64,000 bases of DNA from Fistulifera solaris (lineage: Eukaryota). The notes below the pieces were generated by a model that saw nothing but the letters and a program-made list of their open reading frames with translations, was not told the origin of the DNA and made no database searches. Both the position numbers and the translations under genes were made by a program. The DNA lies in assembly GCA_030295235.1 (NCBI GenBank), contig AP026162.1, positions 682,001-746,000 of the forward strand. The letters are read 5' to 3'. This document shows, one piece after another, positions 62,270 to 64,000 of the stretch (the first letter of the stretch is position 1; each line of letters begins with the position of its first letter).

Positions 62270-63310
62270 ATGGACCCTAGTCAAGTCTGGATTTATCATG
62301 AACGTCAGCGTGCTTTACTGTGCGGTCAGCATGCACTGAATAATCTCGCTCAAAATAATGTGTTCTCAGCTGGCGAGCTCGCTGACATTGCTCACGACCT
62401 CGATAAATTAGAGATGGATGTTTGGGCTCAAAACAATGAGGGAGGAGTCAATTCAAAGGAATTTCAACAGCGGCTGATAGAAGGTAGCAGCAATGTCGAC
62501 GCTCAGGGAAATTTTAGTATCGAGGTTCTCAAAGAAGCAATGCACCAACGCTACGGAATCCGATTGCCTCACTTATCGGCGCAAGACTTGCTGTCGGGCA
62601 GGGATATTACTGATATGCAGGGATTTTTATGTCACAAATCAGATCATTGGTTCGCGATTCGTCTCATAGGTGACAGATTCTGGAATTTGAACAGTATGCT
62701 CGAAATACCTGTCGTTGTTAGTCACTTCAAGCTCGCGACCGAAATGAGCAAGTGGAAGGACGAAGGCTACACTATCTTTTGCGTCCCTTCGGGACTACCA
62801 ATTGCTGGTGTAAAGCTGGGAAGTGATGCGTCTTGGCATTGTATGGCTGATCTGTTGCAAGGTAGAGCCACAAGCGACGCGTCGCGAAAAAATGCTTGGG
62901 AGAATGTGGGGTCAGGGATGCGTCTTGATGGACAAGTAACAAGCAGATCCATCGAAGATTTAACAGAAGAAGAACAATTGCAGCTTGCGTTAGCAGATAG
63001 TTTGAATCCTACGATGCTGAATCCAGTCAGTAGGGAAACTCATTCGATTCCAGTCCCAGAGGAGCCTCCCGCAGGTACACCTGGAGCCGCGCGCATTCAG
63101 TTTCGGCTACCGGATGGAAAGCGCGTCGTACGGCGTTTCAATGCAACAGATTCGGTTGCCTGTATTTATGCGTTTGTAGAGCAGGAGTGCGGGGGAAGTG
63201 CCGTCGATTTGAAAGGTGGTTATCCTCTGAAGGATCTTGCTAGCTTGCTTACTTTAACCATCGCGGATGCCAAACTTGCTGGTGGAAATATTCAAGCATC
63301 GATAAAATAG
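62270..63310 (+). CDS. Ataxin-3-like Josephin deubiquitinase with UIM and C-terminal UBX
   Basis: IYHERQ..LCGQHALNN, DHWFAIR, FWNLNS; UIM LTEEEQLQLALADSL; UBX RIQFRLPDGKRVVRRF...GYP. Confidence 0.92.
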   Translation: MDPSQVWIYHERQRALLCGQHALNNLAQNNVFSAGELADIAHDLDKLEMDVWAQNNEGGVNSKEFQQRLIEGSSNVDAQGNFSIEVLKEAMHQRYGIRLPHLSAQDLLSGRDITDMQGFLCHKSDHWFAIRLIGDRFWNLNSMLEIPVVVSHFKLATEMSKWKDEGYTIFCVPSGLPIAGVKLGSDASWHCMADLLQGRATSDASRKNAWENVGSGMRLDGQVTSRSIEDLTEEEQLQLALADSLNPTMLNPVSRETHSIPVPEEPPAGTPGAARIQFRLPDGKRVVRRFNATDSVACIYAFVEQECGGSAVDLKGGYPLKDLASLLTLTIADAKLAGGNIQASIK

Positions 63311-63392
63311 TAAATATTACAATGCTGTGATATGTGAAACCGAGTATAAAAGTCATGATTTATAGTAAGCGAAGCGGGATCACGCCGATTAA

Positions 63393-64000
63393 CTAAACGT
63401 TTTGAACTTCTTGTGCTGCCCGCTCAGAGACACCGGAACCAAATGTGATTGATTCTTCCTCCCCGTCGTCTCGGCCATTGGTTGTGCGCATACGTGCCAT
63501 GGTACTCTTCCGAAATTGATTCATTCTTGCAAAAGTCTGCTGACCGGATGCCTGAGCTGTAGTTGTAGTGCCTTGTTGCTGGCCTCCAAAGCGAGCAAAC
63601 GGATTCCTCTTCAACACCGCTGGAACGCTCGGAGTAGCTTTAGTCTCAGTTTTTGTTCCTGGATTGCTGGGAGTAGAAGCCTTATTCACGGAGTTAATAC
63701 TCGTCTTGACGGAATTGTTAAGAGCTGCGCCCAAACCTTTGAAAGGGTTGGACCTTTGAACGTCCTTTGCTTCATTTGGAGCGACAGGTGCAGGAGAGTC
63801 CGACTCTTGTTGCTTTTTGGTAGGACTAGCAATGTCACCCTCCGATTTGGGTTTTTCTGTGGCCTCGTCGGAACGATTCGGTGCCTTTGTACGACCGGCG
63901 AATGGATTGAGGAAGGTTATACGATTTGCATCTTCCCCCTGTCCATCCGATTGGCGTTCTCTCGGACGGAAAAGTTGCGGCATACGAAAATTGCTTTCTT
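63393..64000 (-). CDS. C-terminal low-complexity part of an unknown protein with NPF repeats (5' end outside window)
   Basis: Long open frame with NPF three times (LNPF, SNPF, RNPF). Confidence 0.55.
   Translation of the reverse strand, partial: ESNFRMPQLFRPRERQSDGQGEDANRITFLNPFAGRTKAPNRSDEATEKPKSEGDIASPTKKQQESDSPAPVAPNEAKDVQRSNPFKGLGAALNNSVKTSINSVNKASTPSNPGTKTETKATPSVPAVLKRNPFARFGGQQQGTTTTAQASGQQTFARMNQFRKSTMARMRTTNGRDDGEEESITFGSGVSERAAQEVQNV

Overview
Gene-dense eukaryotic nuclear DNA, most likely from a diatom (short GT-AG introns, bipartite plastid presequences ending in 'A|F', a mitochondrion-type presequence on a glycolytic enzyme, HSF genes, diatom-type Copia). About 28 protein genes are recognisable, including LeuRS, Hpt, AMPK-gamma, Pex2, BCAT, plastid cyclophilin, IspH, p47, Rad21, NDUFA2-like, FUN14, dPGM, a SelU-like selenoprotein, JMJD6, a Ni transporter, UXT, EIF1AD, cactin, a zeta-toxin-like kinase and a Josephin-UBX protein. 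Many conserved genes have single-base frameshifts at homopolymers, probably assembly errors. Mobile DNA read directly from the sequence: a 182-bp Helitron inside a 52-bp satellite, a Harbinger-like MITE, a P-like MITE, a CRE-type RT-RLE retrotransposon with an N-terminal CXC domain inside a 33-bp satellite, and a tandem dimer of an unclassified 1.27-kb element. The second copy of that element hosts an internally deleted Copia whose PBS matches the anticodon arm of tRNA-Asn. Two notable features are invisible to the ORF track: a UGA/SECIS selenoprotein and a 3-nt microexon in the cyclophilin active-site motif. All calls come from manual reading; no database search was run.
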